DNA of 59,435 nt, counting the filler, from Circinaria calcarea (taxonomy: Eukaryota), in NCBI GenBank assembly GCA_051942165.1. It is 5 parts of 5 records of this genome, joined end to end, with 100 filler letters (N's around TTAATTAATTAA, not from the genome) between each part and the next. Parts side by side here need not be neighbours in the genome. Positions count along the whole stretch, not along the records: positions 35,731 to 47,535 come from JAVECS010000640.1; positions 47,636 to 59,435 come from JAVECS010000641.1; 3 more parts are not named here. One strand, 5' to 3'. This document shows positions 38,690 to 51,575 of the stretch, in pieces. The notes beneath the pieces are model-generated. The model was not told the DNA's origin, searched no databases, and saw only the letters and a program-made list of their open reading frames with translations. The position numbers and the translations under genes were made by a program. How positions within the stretch are numbered: the stretch's first letter is position 1; every line of letters starts with the position of its first letter.

Positions 38690-40339
38690 ATGGGAATCAG
38701 GGCTGGAGATGTTCTGTACTATACCATACACCCTCAAGAGCTAAAAGCCATCATACAATGGTAGGTATAGCGCATAAAGCTCAATGGATCTGGGATAATC
38801 ATTTCTGCAGGAAAACATGGCATAATCCCGTACACGAGCGTGACGAAGCGAAGGAGACCAAATCTCTGAAGATATGCTTCGACTTTCTAGACAAGACGAG
38901 TCGAAGTTTTAGCGCCGTCATTAAAGAGCTGCATCCGGAACTGTTGGTACCCGTGGTCGTTTTCTACTTAAACCTCAGGGGCTTAGACACCATTGAAGAT
39001 GATATGACCATCCCACTCCATCGAAAAGAGCCCTTGCTAAGGAATTTCCATACGATCGTTGAGAAAGAGGGTTGGAATTATGATGGCAATGGCCCAAACG
39101 AGAGAGACAGAGAGTTGCTGGTGCAGTTTCACTACGTTATCGAGGAGTTTCGCAAAGTCAAACCAGAGTATCGGTCAATAATCCGGGACATTACAAAGAA
39201 GATGGGAGATGGCATGGCGGATTTTGTCAATATTGCAGAGCAGAATTCGAATGGTGTAGACACGGTGAAAGATTACGACCTGTACTGCCATTACGTTGCC
39301 GGATTGGTTGGTGAAGGTCTCACGCGACTATTCGTAGAGAGCGGGCTTGCGAACAAGGCTCTTCTGGATCGCCCACAACTACAAGAATCAATGGGGTTGT
39401 TCCTGCAAAAGACGAACATCATTCGTGACATCAAAGAAGACTTTGACGATAAACGGAGGTTTTGGCCGACAGAAATCTGGTCAAAGTATGTGGATAAATT
39501 TGAAGATCTCTTCAAGCCGGAAAACGTGCTTGTGGCCCAAAACTGTAGCTCTGATATGGTTCTAAACGCTCTTAACCATGCGGATGAGTGTCTCTTCTAT
39601 CTAGCAGGTCTGAAAGAACAGAGCATCTTCAATTTTGCAGCAATCCCCCAATCGATGGCTATAGCGACGCTCGCACTCGTGTTTCGTAACCCGGCAGTTT
39701 TCAAACAGAATATCAAGATCTCAAAAGGAGAGGCGTGTCGAAATATGCTACAGTCCACACAGAACTTGCGCGTTGTCTGCGACCTTTTCAGGACTTACAC
39801 GAGAAAGATACACAAGAAAAACACTCCTCGAGATCCAAACTTCCTCAAAATCAGCATTGCCTGTGGAAAGGTACGAACGGAAGAGAACTTGCTCCTAGCC
39901 AACCCCTAATATTACACAGATTGAGCAATTCATCGAAAGCCTTTACCCATCCCAAGATCCCAAAACAATCGTTCGTGGACAGGTCGCCCAAGCAGCTCCA
40001 GTAAGCGCCGAAAAGCAGAAAGAGATAGACGAAGCAAAGCAGGACATGAGTAACTCCACCTTCCGCTTCCTTGACTACTCTCGCTGATTAATTTCCTAGT
40101 GTACATGCTTATAGCTGTTATGGGAACCCTTTTCCTACTTTCCTGCATTATGGCAAGTTATCACTTACAACTCAAATCACATTCAAGCAGTGCTGACTTT
40201 GCTTCAGATTGGTGTTGCTTACCTCTTCGGCGCGCGATTTGACGTTGCGATATCCGAGCTTAGAAGAGGGAAGCTCACGCAACCTAATCCTGCATCGGCA
40301 GAAGAGATTGTACGAAAGTACGACCATGGGGAACTGTGA
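38690..40339 (+). CDS. ERG9: Squalene synthase, 5 exons, last intron GC-AG
   Basis: [44 protein letters not shown] and [14 protein letters not shown]-terminal TM segment ending HGEL. Confidence 0.95.
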
Positions 40340-41854
40340 TGGGGCTGTTCCCATATGTGCATATTCTTCTATTTGTTCAAAGTCGCTTTCCCTATGACTA
40401 ACTATAATGAAATGTAAGATAATCCTCTGTGCATCTTGCGAATAGAAACAATGCAAAATATACATGGATGAAGACACTGTTTTGGACCTGTCATTATCTA
40501 TCTCGACACTACGCAAATTTGACCGTCACTTTTCTCATGCCTCTTTCTGCCCACAATCCCACAATTGTTCCATGTCGTGCTCACCCTCTCTCCTATCTCT
40601 TCTTGCTCTTCCCATTGCACGGATGTCAAATTACAGCTCACTCCCTCTCTTTATGGGTTAAGCTGTGCCGAAGAAGTGCGTACAAAAATCCAGTGCCCAG
40701 AGTCAGCGATGACCACCGCGAGCATATTCCCTTCTGGGTTTCAGGGTCAGGCTTTGCTTGGCATGACTTGCGGTTATGGCGTATATATGGGGTCAGGAAG
40801 GATGTTTCTGAAACTTCGTGTGTTCATGCCCTCAGGGTTCTTCATTGCCCTAACTTTCTCACCACGTTGTTCTTTTCACCTTGAAAGTTCGCCTACACTG
40901 CTTATTATGGAAGACTGTTCGAATGTACGTAGCGGCACGTGGTCGATAGGAGTAGGATTAATCTCATCATCTTAGCAGACTAGAAAGAGCAGAAAGCTAG
41001 AAGATGATAGCGCAAAGTAAGATATTGTTGACGCTTTAGAGTACCAAGAGAACTTTTTGTTCAGAAAGTCAATCTTATCTGCACAGCGGTACTATCTCAA
41101 TACAAGCAGCTTGGCCTTGGAAACTCGACATAGGACACTATAGTCCTCGGTAGAACAGAGGGAAGATTAAGGCCAGTGCTTGAAAGGTGGCAGGAAGCGC
41201 CCGTCTGTGGTTCAATCAATAACGCATCCTAAATTGTATTATATATCTGGATCATTAGGACTGCAAGTGACGTGGTTTGTAAATGCACATGTGCGGCCAT
41301 CACTCTCAATCATCCACATTCTACTCCACTAAGCTCCCGCTTCTCTTCCTAGCCTTCCATCCTGGGCTTTTGGGATGATTGACCTTGGTCCTGATGTACG
41401 TACTATGGAAATGCCTTACATCCGTGTGATTTAAGCCAACATATCATTGGTCCAGGCAGAGGTTGGGTAAGATTAAGGGAGCTAAAAATAGAGGAGCACG
41501 TGAGGACCTTCCGCGATCGATTGCTCGAAATACGCCTAAGGCTGACGCTCCGCCCCCGTTATCATCATGACAAAATGTTCCTCATCCCACTTCGTCCGTA
41601 TGTCGCAGCATTACCTATGATCAAGGGCGGTATGGAAGGCCTATTGAGCTAATATCAAAGACGGATACGCTCGTTTACGTATAATGCTCCACTGCGACAG
41701 CCCCCGTGGATGAAATCTGCCCGGCAGTACAGTCGCTGTTCATCTAGCTCTGCGCAAACTACAGTGACAACGTCCTCCTTGCATTTCAATTGTACCTCCA
41801 GAGCCTACCGAGTTAGGGCTATTGTCTCTCATGAATTAGCCTTTAGGCTCTGTC

Positions 41855-43606
41855 ATGATGCTCTTAGAACGACCACCATGTCCGCCGTCTACGATCACCT
41901 ACTCCTCCTCCCCAAACTTCGCTACCTGGAAAATGTTCAATCTGCCAACCCATCGGCCCAAAAACGCAATCCTCACTGCTGAGCAGAAAACTCGGAGCTT
42001 GAGGCCACCACCTACTCAGTCAATATCCTTGCAGCCTACGGCTTTTCCCAACTCACAGCCTAGGCAACGGGAATACGGCGCGCCAACGCAATTAGAAGAC
42101 CTACCTGTGGAGATACAGCAAAACATCCTAGATATGCTCATTGGTAACCTCAGTTCAACATCGCCTACCTCAACAGATGGGAGTCAGGGTATGCGGAACT
42201 GGAGCAATGTGATGCGGCACCCAAGAAGAAAACAGCTCTCAGATTTAGCGTTAGTTTCCGATGCATGGCGTCGTATGGTGCAGGAACGACTCTTTCGGCA
42301 CAGTAGGTGGTCTCCGATTTTTTTCTCCTCTCGAGGACTTACTGATACTACTATAGTAAAGATCAAAGGCACAAAAGCAGGATTGGAAGAGTGTGCCGAG
42401 TGGTTTCTGACGTACACCCATCTTCAACCGTATGTTCGCCATATTGAAGTTTGGATACCAGTGTGGGAACGAAGACCAGGAGGGAATGTTCGTTCCGGTC
42501 TTTCAGGGACAATGACATTTGAGCAACACGCTCGTCCACGTGCCGTTGTAACCGTCGTGAATCCGACGGTCAGGCAAGAACAGGACAATATCAACCTAGT
42601 GTACCAGCTAGCACGACAGAATGCGGCGCTAGACGAGATATTCGGATGTGTGAGCGTCCTCTTTTCGTCAGCCTGCATCCTTACAATCGAGGGTGGTCAT
42701 TGCAAGAAGCCCCCGATGATCCAGCACTTTCGAGAAACAGACGATCGTCCAGCAGTGTCGAGATCTATGTTTGAGATGCCAAGGCTACCGAAACTACCTA
42801 ATATACGTACACTCATCCTCAAAGGCGCTTGGAACATCATACGAGAAAGAAAGCATTTTGAATTTCTGTCGATGGCCCTCCCCAATCTCCGAGAGTGGCA
42901 CTGTACGTTCGCTAAACCAAAGACGAAAGCTTATCAGACGATTTCCACCGTTCTTCGCTATTTCCCATCGAATCTCACCCGCCTCAACATCTGTCTTGAA
43001 GGATTTTATAGCAAAGATACCCCATCTACAATAAAAGTGCGTCTTTTGCAATTAACACATCACCTGTGTGAAGACCTTAGCCACATTCTACCTCAACTCG
43101 AAGCTTTGACGCTGACTGGACGTGTTTGCAACTCGTTGTTCAGAAACGCCATCGGCGCCTCAGAGTCTCGCAAGTCAAGACTGAAAAGTGTCGATTTGGT
43201 AGTTAAAAATTGCTGTCGAGAGTTCGATGCCTCTAACGACGGCACGGGCATACACAACTGGGACTTCATCCAAGCCTTTGGAGAACTCGTCACTTCGGCC
43301 GTGGGTTCCCTCGGAGTATTTCCCGACCTCTCGTTCCTCCGCATTCGCTTTCTCGATCTCGATTCTCCTTGTCCGTTTCTCAATCCTTATTTCCAGCTAC
43401 AAGACGGTATGTGCACCGGTATTTGGACGGAGGAAATACTAGGAACCCTCGGTCAGGTGAGGCCGGCTGCGGTGTTTCCGCGTAGGAGTGAGGACTCAGA
43501 CTTCGGAAGCGCCAAGGAGTTTATGAAGCTCGATATGGCCTGGCCGAGACAGAAACCGAAGAGCATCATGTTGGCAAGCTATGCGGCGCTTGCGCAGAAA
43601 GCCTAA
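41855..43606 (+). CDS. F-box-like conserved fungal protein, probable in-frame intron 42303-42356
   Basis: LEDLPVEIQQNILDML..LALVSDAWRRMVQERLFRH is F-box-like, followed by leucine-rich segments. Confidence 0.65.
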   Translation: MMLLERPPCPPSTITYSSSPNFATWKMFNLPTHRPKNAILTAEQKTRSLRPPPTQSISLQPTAFPNSQPRQREYGAPTQLEDLPVEIQQNILDMLIGNLSSTSPTSTDGSQGMRNWSNVMRHPRRKQLSDLALVSDAWRRMVQERLFRHSRWSPIFFSSRGLTDTTIVKIKGTKAGLEECAEWFLTYTHLQPYVRHIEVWIPVWERRPGGNVRSGLSGTMTFEQHARPRAVVTVVNPTVRQEQDNINLVYQLARQNAALDEIFGCVSVLFSSACILTIEGGHCKKPPMIQHFRETDDRPAVSRSMFEMPRLPKLPNIRTLILKGAWNIIRERKHFEFLSMALPNLREWHCTFAKPKTKAYQTISTVLRYFPSNLTRLNICLEGFYSKDTPSTIKVRLLQLTHHLCEDLSHILPQLEALTLTGRVCNSLFRNAIGASESRKSRLKSVDLVVKNCCREFDASNDGTGIHNWDFIQAFGELVTSAVGSLGVFPDLSFLRIRFLDLDSPCPFLNPYFQLQDGMCTGIWTEEILGTLGQVRPAAVFPRRSEDSDFGSAKEFMKLDMAWPRQKPKSIMLASYAALAQKA

Positions 43607-43973
43607 ATCTTCGGAAGCTTTCGCTAGGATATCGGATGCCAGGCTATGGCGGAAATTGAAAGAACTGCGGTTTCGTTAGGAAAATCTTCTCGGTACTAGA
43701 AAACTCATCATTGGCGCGTGGGAACTTGGAGGATGGTCAAAAGCTTAAAGCTCGGTATGGACAGGGAGATGGGATACTAGCTGCATAATTTCACGGCGCC
43801 TTTGGACGATATACCCCAATTTCCCTTGATTGCTCACAAATCTTGCAATGGCTGAGACCTAGGTTTCCGGATAATTAGACGAACAGGATATCTTTTCCTT
43901 ACAGGTGCAAAGATGATCATTCTCGCATACACTTTGAACGTCAGAAATAACTAAACGTTTTCACGTGTCCATT

Positions 43974-45504
43974 TTATTTCTCTATTGACATGTCTATGCA
44001 GCCAGGTTTCCTCCGTCCGATATCCTCGATCATGATGCCCAGGATCCACATGTTGACGGCGAAGAAGAGGAGGCTGCTGAGCCAGAGGCCGGGGACGAAG
44101 GTGCTTTTGCCGAGGAACTCGAGCCGGTAGCCTTGGTGGAGCCACAGTGCCTGTGAGGGAAGGTATTATTATTATGTATCGGTTGCGATAGATGTAGAGT
44201 GGACGGTTGGATGCCCGAAGAAGGGGAGAAGTTATGACGAGAGGAAAGATCTCGGTAAGAGAGGAGGCGGAGGCTTACCTGCGTGCCGGCCCATAGACCC
44301 GCGGCGGCGAGACCGAGTTTCGGTTTGGCGAGGAAGGAGGAGGAGGGGAGGTAAAAGGGGAGGAGGATGATGTACCAGAGGAAATACTACGGTTGGAAAA
44401 GGAGGGGGATCAGTAGTGAGGCGACTGAGTTTATGCCAGGGGTACACTGGATTAAAGTGGAATTTGAAGGGGGAGAAAAACACCTACCTGGCTCGTCACC
44501 ACCTTATTTAACGCCACAAACGCCCACGTCTGCGCCAGCATGCACCCGGCCAGATTCCTCTTGCCCAGCGCCAGCGGAATTAAGACCGCGCTCAGTCCCA
44601 ACTGCGGCACAAAGGCCCAGCTCTCGAATCTGACTGCCTTGCTCCAGAGGTAGCTATTGGCGGAATGGGTAGATGAGCTAGGGGAGGAAGAGAGGTAGAG
44701 CAGGGTGTTGTAGGGGGAGAAATTATGTCGGTGGTCGATGCGCGTGAGGTGGTGGAGGTAGGTTTGCTGGAGGAAGGGGTGGCCGTAGAGAGTGTACATG
44801 AGGCCGTTTAGGGCGGTGAAGGTTAGGAGAGAGGAGAGGGTTAGGGTTAGGCGGGGCCGGTTGAGGAAGGTTTTGATTTGGGTGGAGAGGGAGGGGGAGG
44901 TTGCCGATGAGGGACGGTGAGGGGAAGGGCTTTCGAGGGACCAGAAGATGGAAGTTGCGTAGATGAAGGGGTAGATTTTGAAATGCACCGCTAGGCCGAG
45001 AAGAACCCCTGCGAGCGTGATATGGCGATGCGTGACTGCCCAGAGGAGAGCTACTACCATAACGCCCAGGAGACCTTCAGAACTACCTCTGGTGCTGATG
45101 GTAGCGACCATGGGGTTGAGGAGCCAGATGCTCGCGAACTTTAAGCTTCTCTCCACCGACATACTGCCTCCAGATGGGGAGCGGAGAACCAGAACCATTA
45201 GCCATCCGGCAATGATATCCGCAAGGCTAAAGACAACTTTGCCGAATGAGAACCAGCCGGTACCTCGCCAGGCTGTGGGTAGGAGGAGCCAAGCGAGGAG
45301 GGGCGTGTAGCGGTACGTCTCCCGTTGGTAGGGCGAGAGACCACGGGAGACGTAGCGGGAGGCGTCGGTGAAGACAAGGTAGTCAATATCGGTGTATTTG
45401 ATGGGCGAATAGGCGTCTTGGAAGAGGCCGTAGAAGAGGAGGAGCAGGCGTAAGAGGATTGCGGATGAGAAGGTGATCGAGGGGGACCAGAAGGAGATGG
45501 CCAT
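43974..45504 (-). CDS. GPI14: GPI mannosyltransferase 1 (PIG-M/Gpi14), 3 exons
   Basis: KYTDIDYLVFTDA, PYQRETYRYTP, ISTRGSSE, HFKIYP, RIDHRHNFSPY, NKVVTSQ|YFLWY and W..QGYRLEFLG. Confidence 0.93.
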
Positions 45505-45855
45505 TTTGGTAAGGCGTTTCAGAGGTATTTAGTAAAGTTATTTAAAAGGGGAATTTTTCCTAAGAGGAAGGCAGTAAAATATGGTAGAGCATACCATAAA
45601 TGTAGAATAAACACAGGTGTAAATTCAGATGCAGCACGAATCAAAATACGATATGAAAATCAAGGCGCTCGAGGACAAAAGAATGAAGATTACCTCCGTA
45701 TATCATCTCGTCCACAGTTCCTACATTAGTGTATGCAGAAAATAATGGGGAGGGCATGGCGCTCCCGCCGCTAAGCCCTACCCTTTCGTCACCCGGCTTG
45801 AAGCTATCGTTTCACCATGACGGTATATATACTTTGTACTCACAAACTCAACACA

Positions 45856-46814
45856 ATGGCAGGATACAAACGCGCAGCTAACGGCGACAAGAAAATCCCC
45901 GGTCCGTCGACAAGCATGTCACCCTTCATGCCCATGTTCAATACCTTCCGCAACGAGCTGGACGAGCACCATGACCGACGGGAGCGCATCGTCAAAGCGT
46001 CCCGGGACATTACCGCTTTGAGCAAGAAGACGTGAGCTCCGTCTGGCCTGCTGGATGGGAATGCCTTCGCTCATGAATATTGTAGGATATTCTCATTGCA
46101 GCGGTATGACCCCTTTTTGATATTAGTATTGATATCTTAGGCTCTGGGGAGTTAACCTGTATTCTATGGCGCTTCAGGGTTCGCCATCTCAACTCCCCCA
46201 TCCCCGCTCCCGTTATGAAGGAAAATAAGCCCCGTCAAGAGACAATCAATTCCCTTTTCACCTCGATCGCCCTCGACTTGCAGGGTATGAACGCTTGGCG
46301 CTACCAACGGTCGATTTCGGGGGGAATCCAGGAGTACATGGAAGCCATCTCTTTTCAGCACTACCTCGAAACACAACTTCTGATGTCTCATTCGGAAGCC
46401 CAAGCGAAGCTCCCGGAAGGTATCATGTTGACGGAGGATGATTACGTCCTTGGGTTGTTTGATCTGGTGGGCGAGTTGATGCGCTTCGCAATTACGAGTA
46501 TGGCTACGAATGGAGAGTTACCTGGTCGTCTCGAATCATCCGATGATTCAGGATTATTAACGGGGTCAAATGAGACCAGGAGGGATATGGCAATGGACTT
46601 GAGGTCTCTAAGGGCTTATTTCGAAGCCTTGGATACCAAGGGATCATCCCTGAGTAGGGATCTTGGGAAGAAAATGGAGGTCATGCAGACATGTGTGGAA
46701 AAGGTGGAGAACGCAGTATATGGAATGATTGTAAGAGGGAGGGAACGGCCGAAAGGATGGGTGCCAGATCTGAGGGACGATGAAAGGGGCGCAGAAGCGG
46801 TTGAAAGTCACTAA
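45856..46814 (+). CDS. Translin-associated factor X (TRAX) homologue, with an 18-nt exon at 46086-46103
   Basis: ELDEHHDRRERIVKASRDITALSKK|IFSLQR, GIQEYMEAISF, DYVLGLFDLVGELMR and KVENAVY.MIVRGRE. Confidence 0.88.
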
Positions 46815-46927
46815 CTGCCCACCGAGCATAGTCTGAGTTTTCTGGACTAGAGGCCATATGCTCATCCATACCCAAACATAATCAATTCCTCCATGCTAAA
46901 TCCTCTCATCCCTGCCTGTTCCCTTTT

Positions 46928-47518
46928 TCATTCCCCTTTCCCAAACCCTTCCCCCTCCTCCAGAATCCCCTCCCGGATCAACTCCTCCGGCTTCGGTCTC
47001 GCCTGCAACTTCTGCTCCAGACTATCCGCCCGCATGTGTCTTTCGAGCTCCCGCTGCTGTCCCTGAATCGCCGGCGCAGCGGTGGAAGCGGGCAGGATAT
47101 TGCCTATACGCCAAGAAAACACCGATGACGGATCAGAAAATGGGAACCGTATGATTGATGGAGAGTAAAGGAGAGGGGGAAATCGGATCGACACGAACGT
47201 TCAATCAACTCCTCCCGCCCCACCCGCCTCTCTAGCCCCTTTTTCAAACTGTCCGTCTTGACCTGACGCTCGAGTTCCACCTGCATGGATTGTAAAGCCC
47301 TTGAGGTCCCGCCAGTCAGTCCATTACCTGATCATCGCTTCAGGGACCCAGGGAAGATGGGAAAGAAATAAAAAGACATACGGCGCCGCGTTAGTGTCCA
47401 GCAGGATATTGCGATTCTTCAGATCTTGCGGGTCGGGCCGTGTTTGCAGGTGTTTCTCGATCGAGGCGCGGCGTTCTTTGGGGGAGAGGGGGGTAGTGTC
47501 GATGGTGGAGGCGGACAT
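46928..47518 (-). CDS. Small RPEL-repeat protein, 3 exons
   Basis: Three RPEL-like motifs: LQTRPDPQDLKNRNIL, LERRVGREELIER.NIL and LQARPKPEELIREGIL. Confidence 0.8.
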
Positions 47519-47535
47519 TGTGGATGGTGGGGGGG

Positions 47536-47635
47536 NNNNNNNNNNNNNNNNNNNNNNNNNNNNNNNNNNNNNNNNNNNNTTAATTAATTAANNNNNNNNN
47601 NNNNNNNNNNNNNNNNNNNNNNNNNNNNNNNNNNN
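47536..47635. other. Artificial contig spacer
   Basis: N-TTAATTAATTAA-N, 100 bp. Confidence 0.98.
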
Positions 47636-47897
47636 GGAATATGGAATGGTATCCCCTATGCGAGGTTGGGGGCCAAAGGGGGGGGGAACCAAAGGAAGGA
47701 AAGAGAGAGAGAGAGAGAAGAAAAACGCACGGCCGCACGTATCGCCCAATTCCCTGTCTTGCTCGGTGCGCAGGAGTAAATTCTTGTAGAGGTATACGAG
47801 CGCGCGCATACTGGGTTTGTGGTCGAGGGCCTCAAAATCGAGACCGAGAGGGGTGTTGTTATCGGCGTTCGTTATATGAACATCTGTCGGCCCTCAT

Positions 47898-50225
47898 TTA
47901 AATGATTGTGAACTCCTGCCGAGTAGTATCGGCAAATATATCGCCCAGTGGCTCTATGCTTCCCACAAATCCAATCCCGAGGCGCTTAAATTCAGTCGAA
48001 GTCGTATCGGCTTCCTCCAGAATCAGTATGAATGTATTATAGCGGTCTCCATAGCCAAAAGCACTATCCCAAGTACCAACTCTCAAGCACCAAACGATTT
48101 CGGGGTTTGTATCAACATCGTCCAACTCAAAATGCCGGTTCTTAGGCTTCAGAGTTCGCAAATCCAATCCAGCCCATTCCGGGTGGCCTAGATCCGAGAT
48201 CCAGCGCGTTTTTTGAAGTATGCCAGCTGCATACAGTGTCCCACTCTGGACTTGCCCAGATTCTTGGCCATTTCTATATTCCACATATGCATTGAAAACC
48301 TGCATATCATAATTGTGCTGCAACAACCGTTGGCCATAGATAAACACGTTTCTAAAGTACGCAGCGCTACCATCCATTGAGGCCCAGCTCCAGGAAGGAG
48401 CATGGTAGGTACTGAACCGAGAAGTACTAGACATCCAAAGTAATCCTCGGGGTAAGTCGTGTAGCCATAACCCCGCAAGATACTTGTCATCCAGCAGATC
48501 TCTATATTGGTGTGCCAATCCGTCCAAGGCAATTAGCTTGTCTTTGCTAAAAGTCAGTTTACGATGAGTATATGCATAAACAACAATATACCAAGAATCG
48601 TAAAGGTGATCCTCATCGTTATAGGGGCGAGATCCATCGTCATGTTCTAATAAAGATTTGTGAAGCGGATGGGTAATAGTACTCCAGCCGTCTTCGGTCA
48701 TATAATGTTTCCGGCACTCCCATGCCAAGATATCTTTACCCCAATGTAGAATAGCTGGTGCTGTCAGATGCTCCTGCAGCACCCATGCTCGGGTATGTAA
48801 AACTTTACTCTCCAGGCGTCCAGTATGTCCTTTTGCATCAGTACAACGAATAAAAACCTCACACTTTTCGTGAGACGGAGCTCCATTGCACGCCTCGACC
48901 TTGAGGAATTGAATTCTGCGCTCGCAAAAGATACCGGCCCGGCTGTTTACGGCGTCACTTGCAGATATACATAAAGCGGCATTAGAGTAGTAAGATTTCA
49001 TTTTGACCGCTTCTCTGTCCCAGTCAGTGCTATCGTCTTGGATAATGCACAAGGCATCGATCCATATGTACTTGAACTTGAGGCGTTTCGTGATCTCAAT
49101 GGCGTCTCGGAATGTCTGTGGAATATCTTGCCAGGGAATATGCTGTTCATACTGCGAGATATTGCATTTAAGGGTCTTCACGGCGATATTTCCACCCCAG
49201 CAATGGCTTAATGCAACATAAGTACCAGTTTCGCCATCTGATAATGTTTGATGGAGGTGGATCCGCGGATGACCCTCAGAATAGTCTATCTGCAAGACGC
49301 GCTTCGGCAGGTAAGAGATCGTAGCTCGCTGACATTGCTCGTGGCGTTCTGTACAATCATTCAACCATTTGTTCGCAAGGGCTAGACAATCAACCGAGTC
49401 TGAATCTGGAAAGACCTCCCGTGCCAGCTGGAAGTACGGGTAGTATCGGTGTTTGGCATACTGGATGCTGAGCTCTAACCCGTAAGGGCCGTTAGCTAAA
49501 TAGTACCTGTAGGCCCGCTACGTGTCACGAACCATGCAGGCCAACATACCTTCATCGTAGTGGCTATCTAGATATGGCCCATCTATCACGTTCGAAGAGT
49601 TGAGATTGTGTTGTATGAAGAATTCGCAAAAGCCAATGATCGAGCGAAACCTTCCCTTCTTACCAATCCTAAAGCCCATTGTCCGGGACATGTCGTAATC
49701 AAACTCCAACCAGAGCTCGTAGTTATCAGCGGGTGTCATATCGTTGCAAGAAGTGTGATTTGGAGGTAGGTTATTTGTTGCGAGTAGCCGTCGAGCAATC
49801 ATATCACATAATTCGCAGCTTCCAGCTGAAGCTTGCAGCGATTGATAGGTCGAGTGATGATATTTATAATAATACCTATCAATATCCGTCTCGCGTCGCG
49901 TCTCCCAATGGTTATCAACAAAGAAGCTTCTTGACAGCACGGATTGAGCAAGACATTGACAGGACGAGCAAAGATTTTGATTGCCCGCAGCCAGGTGAAG
50001 ATTCTGGTAGACAGTCTTATTCTCCTCAGAAGCTTCACCCTGCTGCTCAGGATTATTAGAAGTTTGGTTAACATGATTGCTAATTTCGTGGTATGTGGTA
50101 CTATGGTCTGCAAGTGGGGAGTGGCTGCTTGTAGATACTGGAAGACTGATGATACCAGAGGAAATAATAGAATCGTTTTCCGCCGCAGTGGAATGAGGAC
50201 ACTGTGTGCAATAGAAGTCTGCCAT
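47898..50225 (-). CDS. HET-domain protein, 2 exons (intron 49475-49549)
   Basis: YVALSHCWG, PQTFRDAI, YIWIDALCIIQDD..DW..E..KM..YYSNA, RAWVLQE, LT...DKL.AL.G.A, YLAGLW and APSWSWAS. Confidence 0.9.
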
Positions 50226-50636
50226 ATGCCCTGAAATGAGGTACGAGAGGAAGGGTTGAAATCTGGGCACGATCCTAGTAAAATTCTGCTGGAGTCGTAG
50301 CAAAACACTTAAGGACTACCGTAAAGGGTATAGTTTTCTATGCTTTTCGGCCTAGCTTTTCTCCCTCTTTGGGCCTTATGGTAGCGGTTATCTTTCTCGA
50401 TTATATAGTATCTGCGCATATATCAAGGACCGGTATGCTGCATGCCATTGCTATGCTGCGTGTTCTTTCCATGCTATGCTATAGCTCATGCTACGCTGCA
50501 GCTATTGAGCAATATATATAGTGGCATATAATTCTATGTGAGTGTATATCTATTTAAGCTAGCCTACAGCGAAAAACGCTTTTAGAGGTGTATGGAGAGT
50601 ATGGAGCATGGACCACGCATTATCCGTTAATAGCAC

Positions 50637-50698
50637 GTGACTCGGTGAGCCCTATGCTTTTCAATAAATAATAAGTGACTCGGTGAGCCCTATGCTTT
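50637..50698. repeat. 24-bp direct repeat GTGACTCGGTGAGCCCTATGCTTT x2
   Basis: Exact copies at 50637-50660 and 50675-50698. Confidence 0.9.
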
Positions 50699-51575
50699 CC
50701 AAGAAATCTTAATAAAGCTTCCTTCGCACCACTTCCCCAAACCCCCTACATCTTGCTTCTGCTGTAGACTCTAATAGAAATATCCCCCTTTCCTGAAAAC
50801 CCTTCACATAGGATAAAAGTCTAGTGATACGCCGGTAACAAGCCCCAAATTCCCAGATATTTGAAGAAAGGGTATAAAAGATAGAAGCTTGTTCGAGAGG
50901 AAAGACGCTTTGGATAGAGGGGCCTGAATAGGGAAAGACATAAAGGAGAGCGGGTTTGATTGAGGCTTAGAAGGTGGGGATTTTAGAAAAAGGAGATGGA
51001 GAGCTTCCCAAGAGGAAAGGAAGGAACGAAACTCCTTTTCCAGTGGTGGAGTAAAGATTTGGGATGGTATCTGCAACATGGAATTGACAAAACGTCTTTT
51101 GGGAACGGTCAAGAACCGTACTGTTTACGAGTATGATATGTAAATTCTAACCATGGATTCGGACAAGGGGAGTAATAACTTCCATCTGGCAGCGCTGTAG
51201 CTTCGCTCCCGAGTTTCCTTTTTTTGAGAAGTGGCAAACCCTTGTAGCTTCACCGACAAGGAAGCCCTTGGACGCAGTGTCCTTTGCTGAACGGGAGAAA
51301 GTCGATGCAATAACGAAGGCTGCTTGACGTATAGATTCACGCCAATGAGATACTGGGTGAGTAACGCACGATGCTCACAAACCGTAATTGAATCCGTCTC
51401 CTGAGTCACCAAATCTCACCATCGTTGCCATGAGTCTTTATTGTTTTCCTTCATTTCGCAACGAGTACATCTCTCCTCAATAAGCTCTTCTCCTCAATTC
51501 CCCAACTTCACACCAAGAACTCCCCTCTGCCATCTCCTACCTCACCCTAACCGCCTCCTCTCAGTATTTCCCACC

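Noticed and set aside
40429..40975. ORFs of 136-151 aa downstream of ERG9
   Set aside because: No recognisable motifs; likely intergenic.
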